From Mobula birostris (lineage: Eukaryota), in the NCBI RefSeq assembly GCF_030028105.1, contig NC_092378.1, positions 106,939,731 to 107,003,730 on the forward strand: a stretch of DNA of 64,000 bases. The letters are read 5' to 3'. Every line of letters begins with the position of its first letter. The first letter of the stretch is position 1. A model generated the notes under the pieces. It was not told where the DNA came from. It ran no database searches and saw only the letters and a list, made by a program, of their open reading frames with translations. The position numbers and the translations under genes are program-made. Shown here piece after piece: positions 1 to 12,846 of this stretch.

Positions 1-599
1 GAATCAACCCTACCAAGCGAAGCATCCTCAGAATTGTCCTGAAGATGCTCTTGACGCTGTTGTTGTGTGATACACGTCAAGCTTGACCTCGATTTTCTTA
101 GCAAATTGCAATGGTGGTTTGCTATTGCCTACCGTTGGGCAAACTAAAGAAATCACCATTTCTCTTCCCAAATGTTCATCTGCCTGTACCATAGCCGTTG
201 ACATTTGAGGTCCTAGCTCATCCGCCTTCTCCGTCATAAGTTCAGTTACTGAACCTGCCGGATCTGCCGTTGGCCTTCGCTCGTATCCTGAGCAGGAACC
301 CTTACAGGTGCTACCGTTCCGGGTCAGAGCGGCCCTGGGAGCAATGAATGACTAAGGGGTAACTCCACTTTCCCCAAAGCTCTGAAAGTCCCCAGTCAGA
401 GCCTCATCACCGGTTGCAGTTTAGAGTCATATCCAGGACAGAGTACTGCAATACAGTATTGTTAAACAGCTATGAAATCATTTTACCTTCAAGTAGTTGT
501 TTCCTGACCATTTTAAGTTATTTTGTAACTTAATAAAGTAGACCTTTTGCAAGAAGTGACATCAAATGTAGCCTATTTTGTTCTCACCATAACTACATT

Positions 600-1070
600 A
601 TGAACTCTACTGCCAAAATCTTCTCCCACGGATATTTCTTGGTTCTATTTGCTGAGTTTCACACATCTTATTTTGATGTACATATTAATCTTTGTGAGCT
701 CCCTAAAATCTGCCTACAGGACCCAATTTCTTCCTTCCACTTAACTCAACAGATCATGAGCTCTAGCTCTACCTCACTCCCTGTCCAAATGCAACCCTCT
801 ATCCTTACAAATTCTCAACTTCACAAAATGTTTTGCAGCCACTGTAAGATCCCTAACCCTATTACAAGAGGAAGAAATCATCCTAGAATCGCATTTGCAG
901 CCACTCCCTTAATTATAGAATCACTTTTGCTTTCCTGTTCTTCCTCATTTACTGTACACCTGAACTATCTATACTGGCATGGATTTTGCATTCATTCTGA
1001 GCAAAGTGTAGGTATGGGACTCCTTGATTGCTTGTTGGTTACCTACTCTCTGACTGTCTGCAAGTGAGAG
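600..1070 (-). mobile_element. Degraded CR1-type LINE ORF1 (esterase-like) relic
   Basis: Minus-strand remnants resembling DSIIKG...DSRM...RVRDL...LQNIL, heavily interrupted. Confidence 0.4.
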
Positions 1071-1173
1071 GTGTCCACTTCTTGAAAAATCCTCTCTTCT
1101 AATGCCTAACCTAGTGAATAGATTACATTGATATCAACTGCTATTGAAAGTTCAAAGCCAAAACCTTGGACAC

Positions 1174-2035
1174 ACAATGGATTCCAGTTAAGTGGGACAC
1201 ATCAGGACCAGTACATTTTGGCCCAATTAAGCTGCTGCCCCAATTATTCAAGATTCATAGAAATAGCTTTAAAAAAAGACAAACTACCGCTTAACTGAGT
1301 TACAGGTACTGTATTTAAATGAAATTCAGAACAAATTAGAATACTTCCAATATTACTACAGTATTATAAAACAGTTCCTAATAATTATTGCGGAATCCAT
1401 GAAGTGTACACTGCCGTGTTCTTTTGATTGCCTATAAATGAACAAACTCCAGTGCACACACCTAGTGCAGATAATGGATTGCCTTCATTGCCTTCCTGCA
1501 TATAGTGTCAAAACTCACTGCTTTTTAATTTGGCATCGGTTGGCCTAAATAAATAACAAATATACGCAACTGGTGCTATTTAAATCTGATCGCTCCAAGC
1601 TTGATGTAGTGTCTAACGACCACATAAGTGCACATGACTGAGGCTAGTTAGAAACTGTTGGATCCTCCAAATCTTCATTTTCATTGTAACAAACAAGATT
1701 ATTGTAGATACATTCAAATTCTTCATAGTTCCTAATTTGCTGAAGTACCGAAGTTGTTTCATTTTCACTCCCAGCAGTTTATGACATCTCCAAGCCTGAA
1801 TGCTTGAAATCACAGTGAGCAAAACAGTTCTGAATTGTCTTACTGCTTATTTCAAGCCAGCTATCAGTGACAAAAATAACTGATTTTTGAACACAGACAG
1901 ATGCAACTGACAATATTTAAAAACTGTTTGCTCTAAGCATGATGTGGTGTCTAACGGCCACAGTACGTACACACAACTGATGCTAGTTAGAGGTTGTTCA
2001 GCAACAGTCTCCTGTCCCAATTCAGCAGCATAGTG
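1174..2035. mobile_element. Tigger/pogo-like non-autonomous DNA transposon, partial
   Basis: Begins caatggattccagttaagtggg. Similar in reverse orientation to the element at 12847-14132. Confidence 0.55.
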
Positions 2036-2412
2036 AATGGTGAGAGGTCCTGGTAGAGTCAATGTGGAGATGATGTTTCTTACGGTGGGAGAGTCTAAGA
2101 CCAGAGGACACAGCTTCAGAACAGATCCTTTTAAAAGATCTTATCCTTTTAGAACGGAGATGAGGAGAATATTTTTAGCCAGAGAGTGGTGAATCTGTGG
2201 AATTTGTTGCTACAGATAGCTGTGGAGGCCCAGTCTTTAAGAGTGCTAAGACAGAGGTTGATGGATTCCTGATTGGACAAGGCACGAGCAAATATAGGGA
2301 GAAGCCAGGAGACTGGGGCTGAGAGGAAAAATGAATCAGCCATGATGAAATGGCAGAACAGACTCAATGGGCCAAAGGACCTAATTCTGCTCCTATATCT
2401 TATGGTCTTCAT
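2036..2412 (+). mobile_element. CR1 LINE 3' fragment
   Basis: gagtctaagaccagaggacacagc...agagagtggtgaatctgtggaat...ctaattctgctcctatatcttatggtctt 3' end. Confidence 0.7.
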
Positions 2413-2609
2413 TTACATTAGTTCACTCTGACATTTTAGAGTGCCTACTTATGCAGCAAAACCAGAGCATTTGAGGACAAATTGAATTTGTTAATTCAGG
2501 GCAAGTAAATATGCAAAAATACTCTTTTTGAAGCTCAATTAAAACAGATAACAGTGATTTCCTCTTCAGCTCCCGCATCATACATGCAAACTAAGAAATT
2601 TTATAACAC

Positions 2610-3190
2610 AAGAGGCCCTCGAGTTGGGGTCGACCATGGACGTTGCGTCGCAGCTGTCTACGTGATTCACAAACCAGGGCAGTACCATATGGAGAGCAAG
2701 CTGTTGCCCATGTAGCAAGCTTCATCTCTTTGTGCACCTGATGAACCCAATGAGCAACAGAGACCAATACAGTTTGGCACCAGCAGCATCACAGGAGATG
2801 CCAGTGTTGAATTCAACATAGGACTGCCTTAAGGACTCCAACTCTGGACTTTTCCTCAGGGTTTACTCCCAAAGCCTTGGCCATGAGCAGGTAGAGCCCC
2901 AAGGCAGTGGAGGTTTGAGATCAGAATTTTCCTTCTCCCAGATGAAATGTCAACCAGGCTGACAAGCCCCATCTGACCAAAGCAACTGGCTTTATAGTGC
3001 CAGTAACTCGTCTTTGCCCCTTCTCCTATCAGTAGAAATAGTTTCGCTGGGGTTAGTAGCTAAGCCACACATGAAGCAAGGAGCTGGACTTGGTCGTCAG
3101 AGGCTATTTGAGATGCACGCCATAGAGAGCATTTACTAGGTAGTGGGAGCTTATTCCCACTGCCAACCTCGGCTGTAACAACCATAAGGA
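2610..3190 (-). mobile_element. RTE-related non-coding repeat (5' UTR-derived)
   Basis: Second copy at 26670-27177 shares atatggagagcaagctgttgcccatgtagca and ttttccttctcc blocks. Confidence 0.55.
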
Positions 3191-3844
3191 ATCAGACACA
3201 GATGTTTATAAGAAGATGCAATGGGTATATGAGAAATGCAACTAAATTTCTTGGGAAAGGTGCTCAAGTAAAACAATTAGACACCTGTCACACAATACAC
3301 AATGTATCATTTTCTCTTCTGGGTCTTTGTATGACAATTTGCTGTTCTACAGACCTAAACATGTAGAATGAGGTCCAACATATGATTGGTACCGTGATAA
3401 GGCCAAATTCAGTTCCAGTTAAAGAAGGTTACCAGTCATGGACACCAGCTGCACGTACGAAGGAATTTGCCCATCAAGCAATTTTCACAGACACAATATG
3501 CTTTCCATTAAAATCTCTAAATCCTCTGTGATCATAACCTCAATCGAGAGTAGCTAATCTAATCAACCAGTCTGCACTGGAATAAAAGCCTCACCACCAA
3601 CTCATGGCAGGCTTCTCTTATGTGTCCCAATCAACACATTCCTGTGATTTATCTTCAAAACAGGAATGGTGTTTATTATGTTAATGGTACACGATGCATG
3701 GGCCTTATGCATAAGAGAGTTTTACAGCAAAGAGTTTCAAATAAAAATTCTATTGCCCCACTCCATAAACACATTATTAATTTAACATACTTTCCTGAGG
3801 CCAGTCAATTTCTAAGCTCAAGTCTCAACAGAACATTTTCTTAC

Positions 3845-3950
3845 CAACATAATTTTGGAAGCAGTTCCTAGTTTGGTTTTGATTAGGAAACCTTGCATCA
3901 AAAGGAGCAGTCTTATAGTTCTTCAGCTTGTCATCAATGGTGTCTGCCAT
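3845..3950 (-). CDS. COX6B: Cytochrome c oxidase subunit 6B, first coding exon (remaining exons not found, probably beyond the window start)
   Basis: Minus strand reads ttcag|gcaccATG...GTT G|gtaa. The 106 nt encode [35 protein letters not shown], matching the COX6B motif YKTAPFD.RFPN.NQTRNC. Acceptor at 3956-3957, good Kozak context. COX6B1 vs COX6B2 not resolved. Confidence 0.93.
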
Positions 3951-4443
3951 GGTGCCTGAAAAAAGATTTGAAAAAAAAATTTTACAGAACATATTTCTAA
4001 ATTTTTTTTATCTGAAGAAGAATAAAGACAAAATGCCATCTGGATAACAGGATATCAAAAAGGCTCTGCACTTTCACTGAAGGAAGCTGCTACAGGTGTC
4101 TTTCTGCATGTCAAATTCAGTGGCCTGCTGCTAAGCCTCTCATTCCTCTTCACCTCTCATTTCTCTTTGAGTGTATCTAAACAGGAAGCCTAGATCACAG
4201 CCAGAGTAACTGCCACCAACATATGTGTAACACAAGGCAGGCAGTCACAGGTCCAGCTGATATTGGAGATCATTGTTCCTTTTGAATATTTTTTGAGTAA
4301 AGCCATCATGACAATTTACTAAGAAATAACATTAACGAAATGACAAAAACAAGATTCCCTCCAACCAGCAGATCATAACCATTTGAACGTTTAATGTATC
4401 TTAAGTATATGAAAGCAAAATAAGTCAAACTCCAGCTTAATAA

Positions 4444-6262
4444 CGCGAACACGACGAAATCTGCAGATGCTAGAATTTCAAGCAACACACATAAAAATTG
4501 CTGGTGAATGCAGCTGACCAGACAGCATCTATAGGAAGCCGTACAGTTGACATTTCGGGCCGAGACCCTTCATCAGGACTAACTGAAAGGAGAGATAGTA
4601 AGAGATTTGAAAGTGGGAGGGGGAGGGGGAGGGGGAGATCCGAAATGATAGGAGAAGACAGGAGGCCTTATTCCGCTAGACGGAGCAGAGTGGTGGTAGA
4701 GGGGAACTGGTTAGGTCTGGAATCCAAAAGGAAGCGGAGAGCTTTAAGACCTTCCTGGTGGGGGATGGAAGTATATAGGGACTGGACATTACCACCACTC
4801 TGCTCCGTCTAGTGGAATTAGTCCTTACTCTTAATAATTTCTCCTTTGGTTCCTCCCACTTCCTCCAAACTAAAGGTGTAGCCATGGGCACCCATATGGG
4901 TCCCAGCTATGCCTGCCTTTGTGTTGGCTTTGTGGAACAATCCATGTTTCAAGCCTATACTGGTATCTGTCCCCCACTTTTCCTTCGCTACATCCACGAC
5001 TGCATTGGCGCTGCTTCCTGCACGCACGCTGAGCTCGTTGACTTCATTAACTTTGCCTCCAACTTTCACCCTGCCCTCAAGTTTACCTGGTCCATTTCCA
5101 ACACCTCCCTCCCCTTTCTTGATCTTTCTGTCTCTATCTCTGGAGACAGTTTATCTACTGATGTCTACTATAAGCCTACGGACTCTCACGGCTCTCAAAC
5201 GCATCTCTCCCATTTCACGCACATCTGCTCTCACCCCATCCTCCCGCCACCCCACTAGGAATAGGGTTCCCCTTGTCCTCACCTACCACCCCACCAGCCT
5301 CCGGGTCCAACATATTATTCTCCGTAACTTCCGCCACCCCCAACGGGATCCCACCACTGAGCACATCTTTCCCTCCCCCACTCTGCTTTCCGCAGGGATC
5401 ACTCCCTACGCAACTCCCTTGTCCATTCGTTCCCCCCCCCCATCCCTTCCCATCGATCTCCCTCCTGGCACTTATCCTTGTAAGTGGAACAAATGCTACA
5501 CATGCCCTTACACTTCCTCCCTCACCACCATTCAGGGCCCCAGACAGTCCTTCCAGGTGAGGTGACACTTCACCTATGAGTCGCCTGGGGTGATATACTG
5601 CATCCGGTGCTCTTGATGCGGCCTTCTATATATCGGCGAGACCCGACGCAGGCTGGGAGACGGTTTCGCTGAACACCTACGCTCTGTCCGCCACAGAAAG
5701 CAGGATCTCCCAGTGGCCACCCATTTTAATTCCACGTCCCATTCCATTCTGATATGTCTATCCACAGCCTCCTCTACTGTAAAGATGAAGCCACACTCAG
5801 GTTGGAGGAAGAACACCTTATATTCCGTCTGGGTAGCCTCCAATCTAATGGCATGAACAGTGACTTCTTTAACTTCTGTTAATGCCCCACCTCCCCTTTG
5901 TACCCATTATTTTTTTTTCTCTCTCTCTCTCTCCTTTTTCTCCCTCTGTCCCTCTCATTATACCCCTTGCCCATCCCCTGGGCTTCCCCCCTCCCCCTTT
6001 CTTTCTCCCTAGGCCTCCTGTCCCATGATCCTCTCATATCCCTTTTGCTAATCACCTGTCCAGCTCTTGGCTCCATCCCTCCCCCTCCTGTCTTCTCCTA
6101 TCATTTCAGATCTCTCCCTCCCCCTCCCCCTCCCACTTTCAAATCTCTTACTAGCTCTTCTTTCAGTTAGTCCTGACGAAGGGTCTCGGCCCAAAACGTT
6201 GACTGTACCTCTTCCTATAGATGCTGCCTGGCCTGCTGCGTTCACCAGCAATTTTTATGTGC
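4444..6262 (+). mobile_element. Penelope-like retroelement with inverted terminal (pLTR) arrangement, internally deleted
   Basis: RT motifs KGVAMG and LRYIHDC and a GIY-YIG relic. 4444-4665 is an inverted copy of the 3' end and 4666-4790 an inverted RT piece. 12 bp TSD ccagcttaataa at 4432-4443 and 6263-6274. Confidence 0.9.
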
Positions 6263-6524
6263 CCAGCTTAATAAGTAATTATTTCAAAATACCATTACCC
6301 AGGATGTAAATACCTTCATTTGAATTCAAAACATGTTGAAAAATAAAAAATATGGGTAGTATAAATTTAACCAACACTTGACAATTCAAACATGAATCAA
6401 TACATACAGTATTATCAAAGAAAGATCACTTTCTATTTTAGGGATTTGGAAGAAATAGATTCCAAGCTCTACTTTTATGTTATTTTTCTAGTACTTACGC
6501 AAAACCCCATCTGACTATAGAGCT

Positions 6525-6623
6525 CAAACACGAGAAAATCTGCAGATGCTGGAAATTCAAGCAACACACACAAAATACTGGTGGAACGTGTGCAGGCAGC
6601 GTTCCACCAGCATTTTGTGTGTG
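6525..6623. mobile_element. Hairpin mini-Penelope insertion
   Basis: Inverted arms; 13 bp TSD tgactatagagct at 6512-6524 and 6624-6636. Confidence 0.8.
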
Positions 6624-7399
6624 TGACTATAGAGCTAACTGCACCTCAAACTACATCGAATGCTCTGGTGTGTACACAGGTAACTGCAGTGATTATCAGC
6701 ACTTTTACGAGGGTTCACTCTGTGAGTTTTGCACCAGCGATTTAGTAATGTTCCTCCCCATTTTAAATAAATGTAAACTGGCAGTCCTTTGAGGGTGAAT
6801 TTTATTACATGATGGCTCAAAGCAGTTACGATTAATTGGATTCTGAGGCCGCGAAAGATTGGGCATAAATGTCTAGCCTTGCTCCTTTTTTTAAACCATT
6901 CATCAATTTCGTATGCACCATTCTTTGTGCATACGGTAGTTCCTGTTTACAGTTCGCTATTCGCGTATCAGTTTTAACACCCAGTGACTGGAATCTCTGG
7001 CGCCACCACCTGATTCATATGTCCACATAAGGTCATTTCCCCACAAGGAACAGGAATCATGATCTATTTCTTAATAATTTACCGTATAAACCATGAAATC
7101 AAATGCTCGATCAAAATCCCTCCTATTAGTTCGGAGCATGGCAGTTGTGAAAAGAACGGCATTCCGTTCCGCACTCTTTCAAAAAGCCAAAACACCAAGT
7201 GAATTTTAAGTTTTGTCAACACTTGCAGTAAGGTTGATTCGCAAAAAAAGATTTCATGTTTAAAAATTCCATCTAGTTTGAACCCGTCTTCCTTAACTCT
7301 TATCAGTAAAACTGCCGATTCATCCTAGCACTGTTGTAGTACGTTTCTAGGACACGCAAGGGCAAACTAAAATACGCAAATTAAAATTCCAGGATGGGA

Positions 7400-8350
7400 T
7401 GGGTAATTCTGGACTATGGTCCTTGGGGCTATCCGGTTAACAGCCGAAGTGTGGGGCATCCCATTCCTCACGCTATTAGGTCGAGGGCCCCAATTTCTCA
7501 AGGTCATTGTTCAAGTACAACGGCAATCGATTGTCAAACACACGGCGCCACCCCCTATCCTCGAAAGGTGACCCGAGTGTCTCCCCGGGACTCAGTCCAC
7601 CTACCCCACCAGGAGAAACATCAGAGCCACCCACTCCCACCCCGCCCTTCCACAGGGGAAACATCGCGAATCGTTGGACTCACGGCCGTCTCAGCTACAA
7701 CGACTCGCCTTCACTTCCCTCCTCACCGCTGCTGCCCGACAACCAGCTATAGCTCCGTGCGCAATCGACAATACTGCATGACGGAGCAGGCGGGGTACGG
7801 AAAGGGCGGGGGTTGGGGTGAGGATGGAGGGCGCAGGGCACAGGGAAGGGGAGCAGCAGATGGTGGCGAGGGGAAAGGATGAAGGTCGACGGGGATGAGG
7901 GGAAGACAGGTGGCGAAGAGAGGGGGATGGCGAGTGGAAGGTTAGAGTGGGCGTACAGACCAGGTAGTCACTAACTCACGCACCTGCCGGTCTCAACTCC
8001 TGAGAGCGGTATCTTCCCCTGGCTTCAACTCGCTCTGCGTCAGTTCTCCGCCCCCGGCTGCCTACACTACGATCAAGTCCAAGCGCAAACCGGAAAAGGC
8101 GCGACGGCCGCAAGCCGCCTGGGACGCGAGATGGCGGCGGGCGCCACGTGCCGGACCGGTGCGCCGTCACCTTCCCACCAAAGCGGGGCTTGGCGGCGGC
8201 GGGAACAAAAAAACACCTTCAAGCCGTTGGTTGGTTTCAAGGAGCCCCGCACCGCACGTGGCCAACGGTGGGGTGGGGGGGGCCTCGAACTCTCCGACCC
8301 CACACCCAGACCGCCCGTCACCGGGGGCGCCCGCCAGGTGCCCACAGTTC
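7400..8350. promoter_or_regulatory. CpG island / COX6B promoter
   Basis: High GC and CpG content against an AT-rich background. ETS/GABP-like CCGGAA 8090-8095, YY1-like AGATGGCGGC 8129-8138, E-boxes CACGTG 8145-8150 and 8255-8260. Confidence 0.75.
7980..8100 (-). other. COX6B: Putative non-coding first exon of COX6B
   Basis: Lies in a CpG-rich island. Donor CAG|GTGCGT (exon end 7984) or TGC|GTGAGT (exon end 7980). Pyrimidine-rich start-like sequence ccttttccgg near 8098. TSS inferred. Confidence 0.65.
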
Positions 8351-8398
8351 CCTCTCACACAGTGGTATTTTGTGCCTAGTGTTAGCTGAAAATGAACC

Positions 8399-8632
8399 CG
8401 GAAAGGTCCGCAGATGATGGAAATCCAAGGCAACACACACACACACACAAAATGCTGGAGGAACTCAGCAGGTCGGGCAGCGTCTATGGCAATGAACAGA
8501 TAGTCGACGTTTCGAGCCCAGACCCTTCTTCAGGACTGAAAAGGAAGGGAGGGGGGATAGACCAGAATAAGTTCATTTCCATAGCTGCTGTCTGACCTGC
8601 TGAGTTCCACCAGCATTTTGTGTGTGTTGTTT
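8399..8632. mobile_element. Hairpin mini-Penelope insertion with minus-strand hammerhead motif
   Basis: Inverted arms; 12 bp TSD tgaaaatgaacc at 8387-8398 and 8633-8644. Confidence 0.8.
8502..8537 (-). ncRNA. Minimal hammerhead ribozyme motif
   Basis: Reverse complement AGTC-CTGAAGA-AGGGTCTGGGCTC-GAAA-C-GTC^GACT. Confidence 0.65.
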
Positions 8633-9219
8633 TGAAAATGAACCTCCCTCCCACCCAAAACCAAAACCATGAGCACCATTGCAAGTTAAGGATTCAAGCT
8701 TGTCAGCATCTTTGCTACCCATTCGCAGTCATGCTCCCATGTCCACAGGGCCAATTAAAACAAATCTATTTAGAGATACAGCACAGAACAGGCTCTTTTG
8801 ACCCAGGGAGTGGAATTGCCCAGCAATTAACCCATTTAACCTAGTCTAATCTCAGGACAATTTACAATTACCTTGTCTCTTTTGGTCTCTGCATCACTGT
8901 AAATAAAACAGTGGGCGATATACCATTAAAGTTCACAGGCTTCCCAGCTATCTCAACCTCCTACCTCATCTGGAAGGATTCCCATCAATTTCTCTCATTT
9001 ACTGTTCTGGCCGTGAGACTTTACACAGTAGTTTTTCTGGTTAAGTCTTTTTCCTTACCTGTACCCTTCCTTACACTGCAGTTGACAGGACTTCATCCGA
9101 GCCCTGATGCAAGGTTTCAACTGAAACAGATAATCCCACCTATGCTGATTGACCCAATAAATACCCCCAATAGATTGTTGCTCCAGATTCTGCAGTCTCA
9201 TGTCTTGTTTCAACAGCTT

Positions 9220-10352
9220 GTTTCCAGGATGAAGGAGATGTCCTTTTTTAAAGAAGGGAGCTTCCCTTCCTCCACCATCAATTCTCTTCTCAAACACATC
9301 TCCCCCATTTCACACACATCTGCTCTTGCTCCATCCTCCTGCCACCCCACCAGGAATAGCGTTCCCCTTGTCCTCACCTACCACTCCACCAGCCTCTGGG
9401 TCCAACATATAATTCTCTGTAACTTCCGCCACCACTAAGCACATCTTTCCCTCCCCCCCCGCTTTCCGCAGGGATCGCTCCCTACGCAACTCCCTTGTCC
9501 ATTCGTCCCCCCATCCCTCCCCACTGATCTCCCTCCTGGCGCTTATCCTTGTAAGCGGAACAAGTGCCATACATGCCCTTACACTTCCTCCCTCACTACC
9601 ATTCAGGGCCCCATACAGTCCCTCCAGGTAAGGTGACACTTCACCTGTAAGTCGGCTGGGGTGATATACTGTGTCTGGTGCTCCCGATGCGGCCTTCTAT
9701 ATATTGGCGAGACCCGACGCAGACTGGGAAAACGCTTTGCTGAACACCTACACTCAGTCCGCCAGAGAAAGCAGGATCTCCCAGTGGCCACACATTTCAA
9801 TTCCACCTCCCATTCCCATTCTGATGTCTATCCACGGCCTCCTCTACTGTCAAGATGAAGCCACACTCAGGTTGGAGGAACAACACCTTATATTCCGTCT
9901 GGGTAGCCTCCAACCTGATGGCATGAACATTGACTTCTCAGACTTCTGCTAATGCCCCACCTCCCCTTCGTACCCCATCCGTTATTTATTTATTTATATA
10001 CACACATTCTTTTTCTCTCTCTCCTTTTTCTCCCTCTGTCCCTCTCACTATAGCCCTTGCCCATCCTCTGGGCTTCCCTCTCTCCCCCTTTTCTTTCTCC
10101 CTAGGCCTCCTGTCCCATAATCCTCTCATATTCCTTTTGCCAATCAAATGTCCAGCTCTTGGCTCCATCCCTCCCCCCTCCTGTCTTCTCCTATCATTTC
10201 GGATCTCCCCCTCCCCCTCCCACTTTCAAATCTCTTACCAACTTTTCTTTCAGTTAGTCCTGACGAAGGGTCTCGGCCCGAAACGTTGACTATACCTCTT
10301 CCTAGAGATGCTGCCTGGCCTGCTGCGTTCACCAGCAACTTTTATGTGTGCT
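9220..10352 (+). mobile_element. Penelope-like element, 3' portion (GIY-YIG endonuclease)
   Basis: IYCVWCSRCGLLYIGETRRRLGKRFAEH; same family as 19677-21607; hammerhead motif at ~10256-10291. Confidence 0.88.
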
Positions 10353-12846
10353 TGTATTCCCTTTCCCACACTTTACTCTCTCTCCATCTCCTACTCAAAG
10401 CAAAGATAGGGTAGCCCTATCTACCCCTCCAACCTCCAGATTCAATGGACCAATTTCTGGCACATTCAATGAGATGCTACTAGCAATATTCCAAATGGAC
10501 TGTTGCCTTCTTGACCTACACAGGCAGAACTGGACCAAATGGCCCCTTAAGCTTGCCCTATCATTTAATCATTGCTGCCCTTCCTCAGGCCTCAACCTCC
10601 TCTCATGAGCTGGTAAGCAAAACTACCACCTGTGTTGGAGACTTGCTCACTGCCTGTAACGTAATATGTGTTTTGAAACTGATTTCATTGCATTACTATG
10701 ATTCATGAACACAAGGTCACAACACATTGAAAAAATAACCAAGTTATAAGAGAACAAGTTATTCAGCAGGATAAAACAGGAATTTATTATGAATCACATT
10801 TCTCTCACAGTATTTCTCATCTTTGATACAATACAAGAACACCATTGTAAAACATGAAAATAAGTTCAATCTGCCATTATATCTAAATATTATAACGTAC
10901 CCAAACCATAAGCAGTTAATTTCAAAACACATTAAACTACATATGGTAAAATGAACGTTGATTAAAATCAGTGTAGCGTTTTGGAGTACATACAAAGAAA
11001 ACCACACAGCACAAAGTAATAATATTGTCACATTCTCAAGGTAACTGGTACTCTGCACATACAAGGTCACCAATGAAGAAATACAGTTTTGAAATTTTAG
11101 TACTTTAGTAATGTGAACTTCTGTTTCATCTAAAATTAAGTTTTCTATCTTTGTATTAATTCATCTGCCTACAAAGGTAGGTTGGATTAAATTGGCAATC
11201 TGTTTTTGGCATGTTTAATTTAATGATTTTTAATCAGTGAATGCGCAAAATGTTGACATCTGTGTAATCAATTTGTGTCATTGCCTAACACAAAAGAAGT
11301 TAAGATTGCAAGTATGTAATACAAAATAAGCAGTGAGAATACACATCAATAAATTAGTCATACAGATACAATATATCAACCATTTTGTAAATATATATAA
11401 TCATCAACTAGTACTCTTTGGAGGCATTTAAAACTTAATTAGAATATTGAGTTTATCAATTTAAAACCTGAAGCATAAAGTTCATGCCGATAGCAACAAT
11501 TCATTTTGCTGTGATCATTAAACTGAATTTTTATTTACACCAACATCCGGTTGCTCATGAAAGAAGAAACAAAAAGTGGCCTTTTTCATGACTTCAGGAA
11601 ATTGTACAGTGCTTATAGCCCATGAATTATTTCCGAAATCCGGTCACTACTGTAATATTGCAAATAAGGCAGCAAATTTATATAGCAAACTTCCAGAAAC
11701 AAGGACAAAGTAACTTAAAAATACCCAAATTATCTATTTTATTCCTTGAAGAATAAATATTGGCAAGTACATCAGGGTGAACGGCTCTGCTTCCTAGAAA
11801 TGTCACGGTATATTTTAATTCAAGAAATCCAATTCAACATTGCATCCAAAAAACGCATTAGTCACTGGAGTCAATCTACTGTACTAGACTGAATGATATG
11901 GTTCTGGCTCTGAAATGAGTCTTAAACTATAACCTTATGACTCAGACAAAAGTCTGACAGCCAACCAAGGCAGAAAAATTACTGTGCATTGTTTTTGCAA
12001 CTTCAGCCATTAGTTTTTTCTTGTAATTTGTATATTGAAGTATTATAGATCTTTTCCCACATATTAAAATAACCTGCTCAATACTGGCAATCAATAACTT
12101 AAGGCCATTTGGCATATCTTCAGCCACAGCTGCAGAAATATTTTATTGGTGAAGATGGCACATTGACACAATATAATCACAAATCAGAGCTTCTTGATTT
12201 CCCAGTGTTTTTTTTTAATAAATTAATTGACCTGTTTTAAAATGGAAACTTATTTTCTCCACAACTCTTTTCAAAAGTGCACTGAAGCTTCTTTGCTCAG
12301 CCAGGTTTCTTCATTAATAAAGATCTAGGAGGAGCAATAAGTTTGTAATTAAATGCAATTAAAATGCTTCTTTATATTGTAGTTAGCATAATTTTAAACA
12401 AAGCACCATATAACCATATACAAATTATAATACAGAGCAAGGTTCACAGTATTCATCATCGATTGCCTGATAGAAACCCTGTTCTTAAAGTCAGATTTTG
12501 TGAATGTCATTTTTGGGTACCCTTAAGTCTTAAAAATGATGCAATTTGTAAAAAGATACTTTTCAGAATGTCAAAACAATTTAAAGTAAAAATAAATCCT
12601 AGCAAATCCATCAACGTGCATTTTCTGTCATTTTTTTTCCAAATCTGGGATGATCATATGTAGTGGTTTGAAATCACCTACCTATCTATATTTGACTTGA
12701 GCACATAAAAGGTTACATTTTATATAATTACAACTCCCTAAATTATTTTGGTCTAAAATTGGAGTGCAACAATACATGGAAGCAGTAAGCAAAATACATT
12801 GTTCCAAGTCATCTTTATCTTACATTCCTCTGGCATCATACAAATA

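Noticed and set aside
2610-3190. Possible HDV-like or hammerhead ribozyme in the RTE-related repeat (CTGATGA near 2738)
   Set aside because: No matching GAAA or stems, and no nested pseudoknot could be built by eye; needs a covariance-model search.
1-3844. Downstream COX6B coding exons
   Set aside because: No D[FY]HRC-type exon was recognised on the minus strand; presumed outside the window, though a miss by eye is possible.
7394-8448. Cluster of overlapping GC-rich ORFs, including ATG GCG GCG at 8131
   Set aside because: Expected in a CpG island with few stop codons. No recognisable protein, and the ATG overlaps a YY1-like motif.
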